Below are positions 23,085 through 37,600 of a DNA stretch of 64,000 nucleotides, one piece after another. The notes beneath the pieces were generated by a model that worked only from the letters and a program-made list of their open reading frames with translations, searched no databases and was not told where the DNA came from. Positions within the stretch are counted from its first letter, which is position 1. Each line of letters starts with the position of its first letter. This stretch comes from Takakia lepidozioides (taxonomy: Eukaryota > Plantae > Bryophyta): positions 9,796,001 through 9,860,000 of the forward strand of contig CM060734.1 in the NCBI GenBank assembly GCA_030704615.1, read 5' to 3'. Both the position numbers and the translations under genes were made by a program.

Positions 23085-24172
23085 CCCGGTTGGGCCACCT
23101 AACTGAAACACTCCATCATGATTGTCTACCAGGACTACCCCAAGAGTCACTATAAATCTGCGCTCAATGGCTGGTCTAGCTGACAACTCCTATAACCTTG
23201 CAGCTGACGCTTGCCATGGCGCAGCTGTGGCTGTCTTTACCCTTAAATCCAGGGCATCCATGCACTGCACCTCATCCGCTATCCCCGCAGATAATGTCGA
23301 TACATCACCACTCTCACAGAGTGCAACCGCCAGTCTAAACAGTGCAGCTGGCCGAATCCCCGGCATTGCAGAAAACAATGGAGCTTGGCAAATTGTCGTA
23401 GCCGCCCCAACAATGTATTGGCTGCACCTTGCTTTGCAGCACCACCCACTGGCATTTCCCGAGCTACACCAACTCTCCCCAATGACACTCGTGGCTTTAC
23501 CTCTGATACACTTGGGCGAGCGGGTGTCATCGATGGCGTAGTTGGCACTGTCTCAGCCAATGTGAAAGATTGTGGAAGCCTTGTCTGATTGCTTCCCCCA
23601 TTTGTGGATCAAAATCCACATCCGCTCCTCTTGGCTCAGGAGCACGCGTTGGCTGCTCGAGTGACAACAGCTGCAGAGTCCACATACAATGGTCTTGCAA
23701 GTGCGGCTCCACACATGGAGTCCATACCAAACTGATCTGCCCTAGGCAATGCAGCCGTAGGGTTAAGAGGTTGTGCAGGTGGGGCTTGAACCTCAGACCT
23801 TGGAGCTGGCGCAACATGAGTAGTGGCCATGGCAGCAATACGTTTCTCTAGTTAGACAAGCCTGTCTACCATGCCTTGGTCATGACCTTGACCTTGACCC
23901 TGTGCTCCTTGATTTTCGTTACGACCTCCACCATGACCTCTGCCTCCTCTATCTCTCTATACTACATTGTCTCATCCTCAGCTACCATTGTTCCCTTGGA
24001 ACTGACCTGGCCGTAGCTCAGGATACAAGTCATAACAATGGGGCTCCCCATGCCCATACTTGCCATAATGCCCACACTGTAGTTATGTAGGTTGTGCCTG
24101 TGCCGGCCCTTTGCCTCTCTCTGGACAATCTCTCTTAACATGGGGTCCTCTACAATCCCAGCATGTTACAAC
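23085..24172 (-). pseudogene. Gypsy element A: 3' part of gag (CCHC) running into the pre-protease region
   Basis: Minus strand begins VVTCWDCRGPHVKRDCPE and ends ..VVLVDNHDGVFQLGGPTG at the 23084 junction. Confidence 0.7.
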
Positions 24173-24719
24173 CAGTGTTGAGCGGGTATACGATTTACCC
24201 GGGTATACCCGGCCGGTATATTCGAGTTAGGTTATTCATATATACCCGGATCGGCAGGTTTTGTTTACCCGGACTCGAACCCGGATGAAGGGTAAATCAT
24301 CAGCATTTACCCGACCCTTAGGGCGGGTAATGTTTTTCTTGACGGGTATTGGAATCTGGGTATAGACTTGCTGACCTATGTTCATGGGCCCAGGGCTGCC
24401 TTCACTCCATTGCCATTAAATATATCTCAAGGATAGATCGCAAATCCTAAAGCATTAAATAGGTACTAGCGCGGTTTTCTAGGCTGCTTCACTTTTAAAA
24501 CTTAGATTCTTAACATTGATTTATTATGCTCAAGTTATATTTTGAAATATATTCACTTTTAATTTTTTCTGGTTAGAATCTCATTGGTTCATATTGGTTA
24601 TGTTGCCAATTCATCTGAAATCCTTAGGAAAATTGCCATTTACCCTACCCTTACCCTACCTAAACTTATACTTATTTGGTGGGTAATACCAAATTACCCC
24701 GACCCGTTAAATAACCTTC
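24173..24719 (-). mobile_element. One half of a hAT-type MITE (TIR CAGTGTTG, TACCC/GGGTA-rich)
   Basis: Terminus cagtgttgagcgggtat. The flanking 8-mer reads GTTGTAAC on the minus strand and matches GTTGTGAC at 34398-34405 (8-bp TSD, one mismatch). Confidence 0.75.
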
Positions 24720-24724
24720 TCCTC

Positions 24725-27700
24725 TGACGAGCCCTGAGCGCGCACGATTAGGGTGACGACATATTAGTCTAGGGGGGTCGTGGTAAGTTGCGGTGTAGGT
24801 TGGGCTTACTGAACCGCCTACCCGACTGCGGTTAGTGCAGGGGGTCCGTGGTCGTACATGGTGGCTATGATCACTATCTAAGTCCTACCGACAAAAAGAA
24901 ATCACGTACTCCTCTTCACAGGGCGAGTTTGCGTTTCTAAGTCCTACGGTATCCTACAATCTACTCAGTAACTGTCTTCCAAGTCTTTGTGTTTTATTGT
25001 CTAATTCCTATATAACGTGCACCACGTGCATCTATCCTATTTAAGCAATTTCACAAATCAGAAATGCTGGAAAATAAAAGAAATTCAGAAAATGAGGAAA
25101 AATACCTCCCCTATGGAAAATCATGTGGGAAATCCAAAGATACCCTTGGCGCCTAAAGATGTCATTGGGAACTGTGGGAACCCAATGAGAACCGAGGAAC
25201 ACCCGAGAACCGTTCCCTGCCGCGGGGAACTGCTGCGGCCCTATCGGATGAATGAATCTCGCTGAGAGCTCATCCCTGTCCAGAACATGCATGTATAAAT
25301 AATAAAATAACCACTTGTGGGTCCAAGCCAGATTTCACCCCTTTACATTATTTCAAGGCGCTGGTGCGCTTTCCCTCCGAGGAAAAAGTCATCATCTACC
25401 TTGGGCTCTGACATAAAGGCGCACTGTAGCCGAGTTTTTAGGACAAAGTACTTTCTCTCCTCCTTGTGTCTCGAGGTCTCCGCCTCTAGCTCACTGCTCA
25501 CAGGCCCGCTTGGCTCTCTCTTGGAATCATAAGAACGCTCCCCTCCAAGGCTACGTCCTCCCAAAATCCTAGATTTTATCTACCACTGGCGCCTTAGATA
25601 ATGGCTCCTAACCCTTAGAGGGGTATAAATTGAATCTAATAGCTAAAGGTAAAAATACCCCCCTTTAAGGGAATTTGCAAATGCATTATCCGCTGGGTAA
25701 AACGCCCCCGCCACGTGGCCGGGCGCAGATCCGCGTGTAGCGGTCCAAGCCATGGACCGCTGCGGTTAACGCCGGCGTCCGCCGGTCCGTCGCAACTTTT
25801 GGTTATCCTGCGGGTAAAGACCCGCCCTCTGCTCGCACGCTTCAGGGCCTCACGCCTGAGCCACGCGGCTGATGTACTTGATCTCAGTACGACTTAAGGT
25901 CAACGCTGGGGCCCCGCTCCCCATACGTCGTGGCTGGGCCACAGCTGCCTCCACGCTTTTAGTAATCGAGTGCCTACTCTCTAGGCGCAGCACCCGGGCT
26001 CCTCCCAGGCTGCTCGCGACCTTGGGGCAGCTGCTGTCAAGCGAAATCAACCCGCCCAAACCCCAAGACAAAAAAAAATACAACCCACCCTCCCCTAGGC
26101 CGCCATGGCTTGCTAGTGGGGGGGGGGGATTAGCACATAATGGCCTTATAGTGGCCTTATATCATAGATCCAGCCTACTGGCCTACATTTGCTAGAGCTG
26201 GCTATATTTCAAATTAGTATTCAAACAGTTCAAATACAAGCCTCTATTGGTACCCTTTCCAATAGGCTATGGGGTTCTTCCCCTTGTCAATTCTAGACAT
26301 GAAATAGTAGGATTCCACAATGCACTCTCCTCTTTTGAAGAGCCTAAATCAGATTTTCAACTTCAAGCTTTGCTTGGAAAATAAATGAATCACATACATA
26401 AATGGTAATGGTAAGATGGGATCAACCTTTCTATGCGAGAGTGCTTGGGATGCTCTATCGACTCAAGTAATGGTACTCTATGCGGCCTCCACTTGGGCTC
26501 TTGTCCATAAGTCCACACCAGCCCCTCCTACTCGTCCTCAAGTCACTTTCCTCTACATGAAATTGCCCTCTTCCTTCACAAATGAAATGGCTCAAAGGCC
26601 CACAAGCTAGGCCACTTGACTTAGCTCACAAGAATTCTACCTAACTAGGAGCTTCAAGCTTCACTCCCTAGCATCTAGCCTCCTCAAGCCTCAAACTAAC
26701 AACACTACAACAACAAGAGGAAACTAAGCAAGAGAAAGAACTAGATGAAGAACAAGGGAAGCCTTGCCCTTCTTTTATACTGTTTTTGAGCCTAATAAAC
26801 TAATGGAAAATATTCATTAAACTATTGTTTCATTGGAGGATCTATAATATAATATTCAACATGGATGAAAAGTTTTAGAGGCAAATGAAAGCTGGCTTTT
26901 CATCCATCCAATTGGATGACCAGTTGGTGCAAGTTGTCATTTCATCCATCCAGCTCCTCAAGGCGAATTCCAGGATTTTTCATCCATCCAAGAAGTAGAA
27001 ATGCAAATAATAGGCCCCGTGAGTGCCGTCGACTCAATAATTTGGCCCTGCTGCTAATCAGCTCCATAAATCACCAAACTTGGTGACAAACTACAACTAT
27101 ATACCGTGTATCAGCCTGTAAATTCTCAGCTCCATCGGTGGTAAAAAATTGTGCTTCTCGCCATTTGTCATATTTTCGCTACACACATATTTTGTGGTAT
27201 TTTTGGAAATCAAATCCCTGGTGATGGCTCTGGGGTCTTTGACCCTGCCACTGAGTCATAGGTTGTCCGGAGTCCCCTCCAGTTGTCCCGCACCGCTAAC
27301 AAGTCCATGCTTTGCCGTTTGAAGTCGTCCTGACCTGCTGTCATTCCGATGCGCCCAATTGCTTTGTTGCAATATTTCATCGCTGTACATGTCGCTTCCA
27401 CCAATTGCCAAGCTCCTCGCCGTGTGTTCCTACTGGACTTGAAAGGCGGGAGAAAGAGGGATCGCAATCTGGGACTGGAACAGTCATCTTGTATTGTTTG
27501 AACAGGATTAACTTGCCGTTTCTAGTACCGAATTGGCAGCCTAATCTGCTGTCGATGCAGCTTCCTACGGTCATCTTGATGCCAAAGTTCCACTCCATGG
27601 TCGTCGCAGACACTGTCTAATTTCCTACGTGCTTTACCAACGATTTCCAGACAACTAACAAACTAACATTGTTTGGCAGTACAATGCCGAAACCGCTTGT

Positions 27701-27753
27701 CTTATGACAAAAAACGATCTGAAAAGAAAAGTGTACCAATATATGCATCTACA
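24725..27753 (-). repeat. 3' LTR (~3.0 kb) of gypsy-like element B
   Basis: Reverse complement of 34601-37917, with termini TGTAGATG...GTCA. Flank GAGGA vs GAGGG at 34596-34600 is a 5-bp TSD with one mismatch. Confidence 0.88.
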
Positions 27754-29911
27754 TATATGGCGACCAATGGGGAACACTCGTCCCGAGTGTAAGAGAATCC
27801 AGGATCTCTGGTTCGTAAAATCCCCCCTACTAGGGTATCCCTGATATCCATTTGGAGTCAACGACTCCCTTGAGTAAAAATAAGACTAATTCCCCTCTGG
27901 CTCTTCCTCCTCGGAGAGAGTTCGAGTCTTCCGGGAGAGAGGAGGAAATAAAAGCAAAAGCCAAAAAATGTTTCAAAACCACCCAGCTCGCCCTCTTCAG
28001 AGAGAGTTGGAGGTCCTAGATAAAAAAATACTTCAAAACCGCCATTCTCCCCCACCAGAATGGGTTCGAATCCCCTAGATGATGTAAGAGAGATATGCGC
28101 GGTCCAAATTGATGATTCTACTCTAAAATAGCCTTGGAATGACTTTGGTTCTACCCTACTTGACATGGCTTGCATGGACCTCTCATGGATGTGCACAGCT
28201 CATTGTAACATGTTGGGGCCTCGACTCGAGCTCAGACGGGCTTAAATGCTCCTAAACAGGATGCTTCTGGGAGTCCTAATTCTTGGCTCCCGTAACAATA
28301 GAAAAGATTGGATACCCGAGGACCCTACCCATGAAATAGACGCACCATTTCTAACTACAATCTAACTTGGTTCATGATTCGCAGGGACCTCTCATGGATT
28401 TCGCAGAGCTGATGATGAAATTCTTGACCTAAGAAACAATTGGATCCATTCTGAACCTCAGAGGACCATACTCCGGAACAATGTATCATTCTATCTGAAG
28501 AGGTCACAGGCCCTTCTGGGTTTTCCTATGCCTGACGCCCTTCACTTATGTGAGGGGAGCATCAACCACTGCTCTACAACTCACATTTTACCCCCTCACT
28601 GCTTCTGACTTTTCTCTCTCTACGAGGAATGCTGTAGCGGGGTAAGGTGAAAATGACAAAAGGTTTTAGGTTAGAATCCCCGTGCGGGAAGGTGCTGTGC
28701 TCCATGCAGGGAGCATCAGTATACTGCAGAATGCTTGATACAACAAGCATTTATTTTTTCTCGAGATATGCTTGAGCAGACACAGATTTACTCTGTGATA
28801 AAAAAACAAATGATGATCAACAGTGTGCATTGAACAAGAGTGCATATATTAGCCAACCCATTGTTCTCATTCCTGCACCTGTGGTTCTTCCCTTGGTGAA
28901 GAAGAAAAGAAACTCACAACACGTGATTAGTAACGAAGATGTATGAAGTCTTATACTTGGCAATTGGATGGTCATAGCTTTCATAGCTTATGCCATATCA
29001 AACGAATTCTAATTCTACAAGGTGGGTTATATTACTGCACTCTATGTGCCCCGCATCCCAAGGTCTGTCCTTGTGGATTCCAATAACTACCCGAAAATTC
29101 ACTCTGGAGAACAAACCACCTCTTTAATGCAACTGCGTTGCCCCGCATCCCAAGATCTACCCTTGGAACTCCAAGAAAGGGTGTCAATAACCTACTTGGG
29201 TAAGAGCCCTACTGACTTCTTCCCATTGGAAAAGTTTCATTGGATTATTGCAACTTAGTGGCCCCGCACTCCACCTCGTTGTGGAGCTCCAATAACCAAT
29301 GAGTCAATGGATAGGAAATACCAACATTTCCTTCCGACAAACCGGGACGAAATCCTAAAGATCTCTCCCTTAGGGGAACGCCTCTCCCCGTAGTGTCTCC
29401 AGCTGCAACGAACATCTACCCCATGTCTCGAAACTCCTGAGGTAGTGGCAGCTGGGACATTGAAACTTGTTCAGAGCCCCATTGGGTCATCCTAGAAAGC
29501 GCCTCACCCTCCATCAACGTGTCGACCAACTGCGTTGCTGGCTCCGATGTAAAGGTTGATCCAAGCTCAAACCTGGATCCATTCGAACCCTGCTGCAAAA
29601 ATGGAGTGTAGGGGGTGCTATGTCTAATGACATCCCTCTCTAGGTCGGCCTCTTCCACAATTTTCATGTCAACTATCTCGCCGTTCTCCTCCTGAGAACC
29701 TCCTGTTCCTGCAAACCAACCTGTTTGGCGAATAGGGAAAGAGCTCGGTCAGTAATTCGAACTCTGGAAGTGCATCGGTTGCTACTGAGTGTACCATCAC
29801 CTCATTGCCTTGGTTTTCTCCAAACAACCAGGCGATGCAGTCCGCATCAGACTCGCATTTGTATAATCCCGGACCTAGGGACCTGACTGCATCCTCTAGT
29901 CCTACCTTCCT

Positions 29912-32500
29912 TCACTTAACCTCCCTGCGAGGCGCGGTAGTTGTTGCCAGTACTCGGTGAGCATGTGGCTTCGCAGGAATTTCCTCATCCGACCACAAAT
30001 CTTCTTCGCTCAAGTCAGCAGACTCTTCATTGGAGCCGATTGCGCCACTGAGCTCATCCTCATCCGTAATGACATGAGGTGCCCTTGAAAGAAATGCAAC
30101 AGTAGTAATGTAAGGTCTTACCCCGTAAGTGATGGTGCATGCCCCCCAGTCCGTTCGTGCTCGAGACTGGACCAACCATGGCCTCCCCAATAGGAGGGCG
30201 TAAGAATATTCGTCGATGGGAAAGTCAATGATTTGAAAGTCCACCGCATACGTGTAGCCACCCGTCTTCATTTTGACGTTCGCTATGTGGCGCACTGGCC
30301 TGATCCTCCGTTGATCGGCCATCCTGATAGTCAAGGGGGATTCCCTTGTCATGTTCAATCCTAACTTGGACAAGGTGGAGAGATGCATGATGTTTACCGA
30401 ACTCCCGCCATTCACTAAACAACGTCGGATAATGCAGTCAACGATCTTCACTTCAATCTCGACTGGTCCCGGATCAACTTGCGTGCTGATATGATGAGAT
30501 TGGGCTGAATGTCCAATCCTTTTCCTCACTAATGAAGCCTTGAGTGCATGCCGAATTGTTGGCACCATAGTAATGAGTTGGGCAAGAGTAATGTTTGCCT
30601 GAATGTGGCGCAGATCCTCCAGTAGATTGTACGGCTCTAGCTCGTCGGTGAACCGCATGGTCGAGGATGTTCTTCTTTTGGGCAACTCTGCCGATACTGC
30701 CGGTCGAAATGCCGAAACCTTCGGTCTTGCCGCGGGTGGAAGGGACGACGTTGATTTCACCACTAAGGGGTCTGCTTCTGCAAATGCCACCTCCTTCTTC
30801 TTCGGTCGTATGTTGTCTTCTTCGCGAAGCACTGTCATTGCTACCTTCTGGGTATTAGACTTCATCATGGCAAAATCTAAATCGTCCTGCTCCGAGGCAG
30901 AGGACGTGGACTCAGGCACCACATACCCAGGTCCTTTACCTAGCGTATCTCTTTGCTGCCTGGTCATAATTGCATAGCTACCTTTCTCGGGGCTAGCTTA
31001 TATGGTTAGAGTAGCCCTCGGCTCGCTCGCAATCCAATTCACCTTATGCTGCATCTCCGGTTGGCGCACCGCTTGGTTTTGTACGTTGGTCTGTTGCTGC
31101 AGGGGCGCCGCCAAAGTCGACACCTGATGTTCTTTCTGCACCCGTACATCTTGAGAGAGAGACCATATGTTAGAAGATCCCTGGGCTATCTGAGCCGCAG
31201 GATTGGAGAATGCTCCTCGGGACGCTTGCTCGGTAGCTGCATTGCCTCTGGAATATGATGGGCTTACTTGATCTGATCTAGGCCGTTGCACAGTTTGTGT
31301 TGGCGTAGCGAAATGCCTGCTAGGCTGCAGTGGCACAGAAGTTGGTTGAATAGTCGTACACTGATCTGAAAAAAGAGCCCCTTGCCTATCTAGATTTCTC
31401 TCCACTTGTTGTTGAGTGGCAGGTGTGGGTCGGTCCACTTGCCTGTGGGGACATTTGTCAAATGAGTGACCTTGTCTACCACAATGACGACATACAATGG
31501 TTTTCCAACATTCTTCTATTTGGTGGGTCGTTCTCCCACGTTTCTGACGATTTCTCTGATCACAAGACCGGTTGTTCTGATCCTTTTGCCTACCCTGATA
31601 GTTTGGGTTTCGGCTTACCTGCCTTTTCCAAATGGGATAAAGACAATGTTGAGAAGCGTGACCTGCTGTGTTGCATTTGGAATACCAGACCTTTGCCGGA
31701 TTGGGCCCCGATTCTTCCATTGGGACCGCGTCTCGATATTCGACATAGTTGGTGATCTGTTGACCGATGGAACTCATGCGATCAGTCATAGTCTCGACCA
31801 TCTTCATGAGATGTGTCACATGTGCTTCTAGATGGCCCACCCGCGAATCGGATTGTCCGGTTGAATCCGCATGTGAGTTGATGGGAACTGCATGAGCATA
31901 CTGTGGTACTGAAGAGGCCGCAACTGGTCCTCTAGCCGTTGCTGGAACATATGGCCTCGCTCCCCCGACATACGAGGGCAGATAATGTACAGCTGGTTGA
32001 ATGGCCGCTAGTGGAACCGGCTTAGTGGCGGGCTCGATGGTGATGTAGGGAGGTAATGCAAGCTCCGGCCTCTTGGCTCGTTGCACTTGCTGGTGCATGT
32101 TGTCGAACTCCTTCCCTGCATTAATAGCGTTTGCTAGTGTTGCAGGCCTTTGCTGCAAAACATAAAAGTGAGTAGCTTCTCGTAAACCACTCAAAAACCA
32201 ATCTTTGAGCACCTCATCGTTTAAGGGTGTTAACGGATTTTGGAGCCCCATAAGCTCCCGGAATCTCATCACGAAGTCTGCTACCTCCTCTGCAGGGCCT
32301 TGGCGGATCCGCGCTAGTGCCATCAGAATGCTAGTGAATTGGTGTACTCCACGGAATTGACTCAAGAAGGCATCCCGGATCTGGTCCCAAGTAACAAAAC
32401 ACCCATTGGGCTGTTGCCAATACCAGGTCAACGCCTTGCCTCTTAATGTACTGGGAAACCAAATAAGCCAATAAGCATTATCAAGTGCTTGGTTGTTGAG
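29912..32500 (-). pseudogene. Element B gag (capsid plus CCHC knuckles) and aspartic protease-like region; no RT or integrase seen
   Basis: WFPSTLRGKALTWY..TWDQIRDAFL..RQGPAEEVADFVMRF..WFLSGL; CRHCGRQGHSFDKC; CLVNGGSSVNIM (catalytic D replaced by N); LLLGRPWL. Confidence 0.88.
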
Positions 32501-33329
32501 TCATTTGAGGGCTAATTGGAAGGCTGTTTGGCGTCCTTGAAGGCCACTATTTGACCAGCTCTTGGGCCTTTCGGTGGACTGTTTGGAGTCCAAGTTTGCA
32601 AACTTCTTGAGCCTTGGTGGGTCTATGTGAGGGGCTCATTGAGGGCAGATTTCAGAGATTCATGGCAATAATTTGAGGGCTCGTTGAGAGTTATTTGAGA
32701 GGTCCTTTAAGGATAGTCTTATCTATTGCTCAAGCAAGAGTGTGTGTGAAGATAGGGGGAGTAATGGGATGAGATCATTATGGGCTTAGATATTGCTTTA
32801 ACTTCTCTTCTCCATAATCTTCCATCATTCTTGTAGACCAAAGCTTTTCCATAAGCGGAGGCAGAGCTAGTTTGGATGGAGACTTGGCCATCTTGCAGGT
32901 TTATTGGAGCCGCAAGGAGGTCGATAGATTTAAGGTGTGGGAGGTATTGTTGTTTGAGTTTCCTGTGTTTGGATCCTCCTCCCACACATGCATGCTTGAC
33001 TGTGCGCCATGTTAGCTTGGTTTGGGCGTTTGTCTTCATAGGTGGTTGGTCCAGAATTATTGTGGCCGGCCAACCCTAGAACGTGTTGTCGGTGGTGAGG
33101 CTGGGGTGATGACCAGCAGACGATCATTGTTTCTCTTACGGTGAGGCTGGGTTGATGAGGTCAGCAGACCATAGGAGTGCTTGCGGTGGATGCAAGTGCA
33201 GGTGCAGGTTTATGCTAGGAATCTAGTATTCCAAACCATAAGCCGCAACAGGTTCTCTACCCAATTACCTTGTGGAAAGAGGGACTAGGGACAGGTTGAC
33301 AACCAGTTGAGTGTGAGTTTTCATCACGG

Positions 33330-34405
33330 AGGTGCCACCAGTTGCTGAGGATAGTGCCGGTACGAGCACCATCGATACTAGTGGGTATACAAGACGAGGT
33401 GTGCAGTTCAAGCCACCTCACTTTCAGTGTTTTCTGATGAAGGTTCAGACTCGGAGTTGGGAGGATTATCACCGAGGGTGCAATCCATTTCCGTGCCATT
33501 GTTGTGGGATACGATGGAGGAAATATATGGAGCTACCAAGGGGCCACGTCGATACTCTGGTGGGTACCATCGAGCTCAAGATGATTTCATACAAGAGTTT
33601 GATAATTGATGTGATTTGTAGCAGATGCTATTTACGTCTTTTTATGACGTGGAAGGGGCTATTCCAGCACCTTGAGGGGCCGTCCATGCATGATTACCAT
33701 AAGTTTAGGCATGGACATGAGTTGGAGATTGAGGAATGGCGGGTGTATTGGTCACCTGACTATGTCTCCATCACTAGAGGCATAAGGGTAGTGGTGACAC
33801 CGGCAGCTACACCGGCAACTTCTGCAAGTAGCAGTGGGATAAGTGGACGGGAACTGGGAAGTCCACCCAAGCTCCTGCTGCAGCACCAATACTCGTGTCT
33901 GCCTTTAACCCAGTTTTGGAGTTCTTCGAGGAGTTAAGGAGAAACTACCAGGGGATAAGGGCGGAGAAATTGCGGAGCTTGCAAAAGTTCTAACAAAAGC
34001 CTACCAAGAGTTTGAGGGAGGCTTACACACGCATGAGACGATTGATAAATGTAACCCAAGGGGTTACAGAAGCTCAGGCAGTCCAGTTCTGGTATGGGAT
34101 ATTGGACAATGAGCTGAGGAGAAGGGTACGGGATGCAACTCTCCTACAAGTGATCCAACCCATCTTAGCAAATGTATTTTTGCTAGCAGAACAAATAGAG
34201 CTCAATATGGTGGAGGAACGGGTGGTTACATGGTGGGATCTGGTAAGGAGATACAATGAAGTGGGGCTCCTAGCCAACAACAACCACTACCCCAATGCGC
34301 TCAAGGCAACAAGGGGGCTCAGTCGAAGCCCAGGGAAAGACAGAGAGGATCTTAGATGCAAAGGTCTCTCCCTTCATTCTCAGGCCAACAACAATCAGTT
34401 GTGAC
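33330..34405 (+). pseudogene. Gypsy element A: 5' part of gag (now inverted)
   Basis: ..SLREAYTRMRRLINVTQGVTEAQAVQFWYGILDNELRRRVRD.. ends ..QQQSVVT at the hAT TSD and continues as VVTCWDC at 24172(-). Confidence 0.7.
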
Positions 34406-34595
34406 CAGTGTTGAACGGGTATTGAATTTTTATTTACCCTCAGGGTAAGGGTAACCTGAATTTTGAGAAAAAATTTATCCGCCGAATCAGGGTATTATTA
34501 TTTTTCAAATGGAAAGTAAGGGTCGGTTCTGGGTAATGCACATTTGTAGAACACGCTCGTTCAGGGTATAACCGGGTACTCTCAAAATATAACCT
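34406..34595 (+). mobile_element. Other half of the hAT-type MITE
   Basis: Starts cagtgttgaacgggtat after the TSD GTTGTGAC and is interrupted by LTR element B at 34601. Confidence 0.75.
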
Positions 34596-34600
34596 GAGGG

Positions 34601-37600
34601 TGTAGATGCATATATTGGTACACTTTTCTTTTCAGATCGTTTTTGATTATAAGACAAGCGGTTTTGGCATTGTACTGCCAAAACAGGTTAATTTGTTAGT
34701 TGTCTGGAAATCGTTGGTAAAGCACGTAGGAAATTAGACAGTGTCTGTGACGACCATGGAGTGGAACTCTGGCGTCAAGATGACCGTAGGAAGCTACATC
34801 GACAGCAGATTAGGCTGCCAATTCGGTACCAGAAACGGCAAGTTAATCCTGTTCAAACAATACAGGACGACTGTTCCAGTCCCAGATTGCGATCTCTCTT
34901 TTCTCCCGCCTTTCAAGTCTAGTAGGAACACACGGCGAGGAGCTTGGCAATTGGTGGAAGCGACATGTACAACGATGAAATATCGCAACAAAGCAATTGG
35001 GCGCATCGGAATGACAGCAAGTCAGGACATTTTCAAACAACAAAGCATGGACTTGTTATTGGTGCGGGACAACTGGAGGGGACTCCGGACAACCTATGAC
35101 TCAGTGGCAGGGTCAAAGACCCCAGAGCCATCACCAGGGATTTGATTTCCAAAAATACCACAAAATCTGTGTGTAGCGAAAATACGACGAATGGCGAGAA
35201 GTGAAACTTTTTACCACCGATGGAGCTGAGAATTTACAGGATAATACAAGGTATATAATTGTAGTTTGTCACCAAATTTGATGTTTTTTGGAGCTGATTA
35301 GCAGCGGGGCCAAATTATTGAGTCGACGGCACTCACGGGGCCTATTATTTGCATTTCTACTTCTTGGATGGATGAAAAATCCTGGAATTCGCCTTGAGGA
35401 GCTGGATGGATGAAAAGCCAGCTTTCATTTGCCTCTAAGACTTTTCATCCATGTTGAATATTATATTATAGATCCTCCAAGGAAACAATAGTTTAATGAA
35501 TATTTTCCATTAGTTTATTAGGCTCAAAAACAGTATAAAAGAAGGGCAAGGCTTCCCTTGTTCTTCATCTAGTTCTTTCTCTTGCTTAGTTTCCTCTTGT
35601 TGTTGTAGTGTTGTTAGTTTGAGGCTTGAGGAGGCTAAATCCTAGGGAGTGGAGCTTGAAGCTCCCTAGTTAGGTAGAATTCTTGTGAGCTAAGGCAAGT
35701 GGCCTAGCTTGTGGGCCTTTGAGCCATTTCATTTGTGAAGGAAGAGGGCAATTTCATGTAGAGGAAAGTGACTTTTGGACGAGTAGGAGGGGCTGGTGTG
35801 GACTTATGGACGAGAGCCCAAGTGGAGGCCGCATAGAGTACCATTACTTGAGTCGATAGAGCATCCCAAGCACTCTCGCATAGAAAGGTTGATCCCATCT
35901 TACCATTTCACCAATTATGTATGTGATTCATTTATTTTCCAAGCAAGTTTGAAGTTGAAAATCTGATTTAGGCTCTTTAAAAGAGGAGAGTGCATTATGG
36001 AATCCCACTATTTCATGTCTAGAATTGATAAGGGGAAGAACCCCATAGCCTATTGGAAATGGTACCAATAGAGGCTTGTATTTGAATTGTTTGAATACGA
36101 ATTTGAAATATAGCCAGCTCTGGCAAATGTAGGCCAGTAGGCTGGATCTATGATATAAGGCCACTATAAGGCCACTATGTGCAAATCCCCCCCCCCAAAC
36201 TAGCAAGCCATAGCGGCCTAGGGGAGGGTGGGTTGTATTTTTTTTGTCTTGGGGTTTGGGCGGGCTGATTTCGCTTGACAGCAGCTGCCCCAAGGTCACG
36301 AGCAGCCCGGGAGGAGCCCGGGTGCTGCGCCTAGAGAGTAGGCACTCGATTACTAAAAGCGTGGAGACAGCCGTGGCCCAGCCACGACGTACGGGGAGCG
36401 GGGCCCTAGCGTTGACCTTAAGTCGTACTGAGATCAAGTACATCAGCCGCGTGGCTCAGGCGTGAGGCCCTGAAGCGTGCGAGCAGAGGGCGGGTCTTTA
36501 CCCGCAGGATAATCAAAAGCTGAGACGGACCGGCGGACGCCAGCGTTAACCGCAGCGGTCCACGGCTTGAACCGCTACGCGCGGATCTGCGCCCCGCCAC
36601 GTGGCGGGGGCGTTTTACCCAGCGGGTAATGCGTCTGCAAATTCCCTTAAAGGGGGGTATTTTTACCTTTAGCTAGTAGATTCAATTTATACCCCTCTAA
36701 GGGTTAGGAGCCATTATCTAAGGCGCCAGTGGTAGATAAAATCTAGGATTTTGGGGGACGTAGCCTTGGAGAGGAGCGTTTTTATGACTCCAAGAGAGAG
36801 CCAAGCGGGCCTGTGAGCAGTGAGCTAGCTGAGGTGGAGACCTCGAGAGACAAGGGAGGAGAGAAAGGACTCTGTCCTAAAAACTCGGCTACAGTGCACT
36901 TTTGTATCAGAGCCCAAGGTACAGGATGACTTTTTCCACGGAGGGAAAGCGCACCAGCGCCTTAAAATAATGTAAAGGGGTGAAATTTGGCCTGGACCCA
37001 CCAGTGGTTATTTTATTATTTACACATGCATGTTCTGGACTAACGAATGTAGTGGCAGGGATGAGCTCTCAGCGAGATTCATTCATCCGATAGGGCCGCG
37101 GCAGTTCCCCGCGGCAGGGAACGGTTCCCGGGTGTTCCTCGGTTTTCATTGGGTTCCCACAGGGTTCCCAATGGCATATTTAGGCGCCAAGGGTATATTT
37201 GGATTCCCCACATGATTTCCCATATGGGAGGTATTTTTCCTGATTTTCTTAATTTCTTTTATTTTCCAGCATTTCTGATTTGTGAAATTGCTTAAATAGG
37301 ATAGATGCACGTGGTGCACGTTATAGCCTGAAGGGCGTTGATTAAACTGATTGAACTTATTGAGTTGAAGGGCTTAGAACCACCTTATTGAACTTGGTGA
37401 ACCTATTGGATTATGATAGGTATTTTGGCCACTCCTTTGCTAAGACAAAGTATTTTAGGCACTGGGGTAGAAAGCGTTGGCCCTTCCATCAGAGATGACT
37501 TGAACTTAAGCACTCGGTGAAGGAGGGGCATTGGGAGAGGAAGATTTTCCCTCTTCTTCCTAGGCTCATCAGGTGCCTTGTGAAGGGATTAAAACATGTC

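Noticed and set aside
23040-23105. Helitron 3' end (hairpin plus CTAG)
   Set aside because: The GCCC-AACC-GGGC hairpin is coding sequence (GGPTG) of gypsy A cut at a junction; no matching 5' TC end or Rep/Hel ORF.
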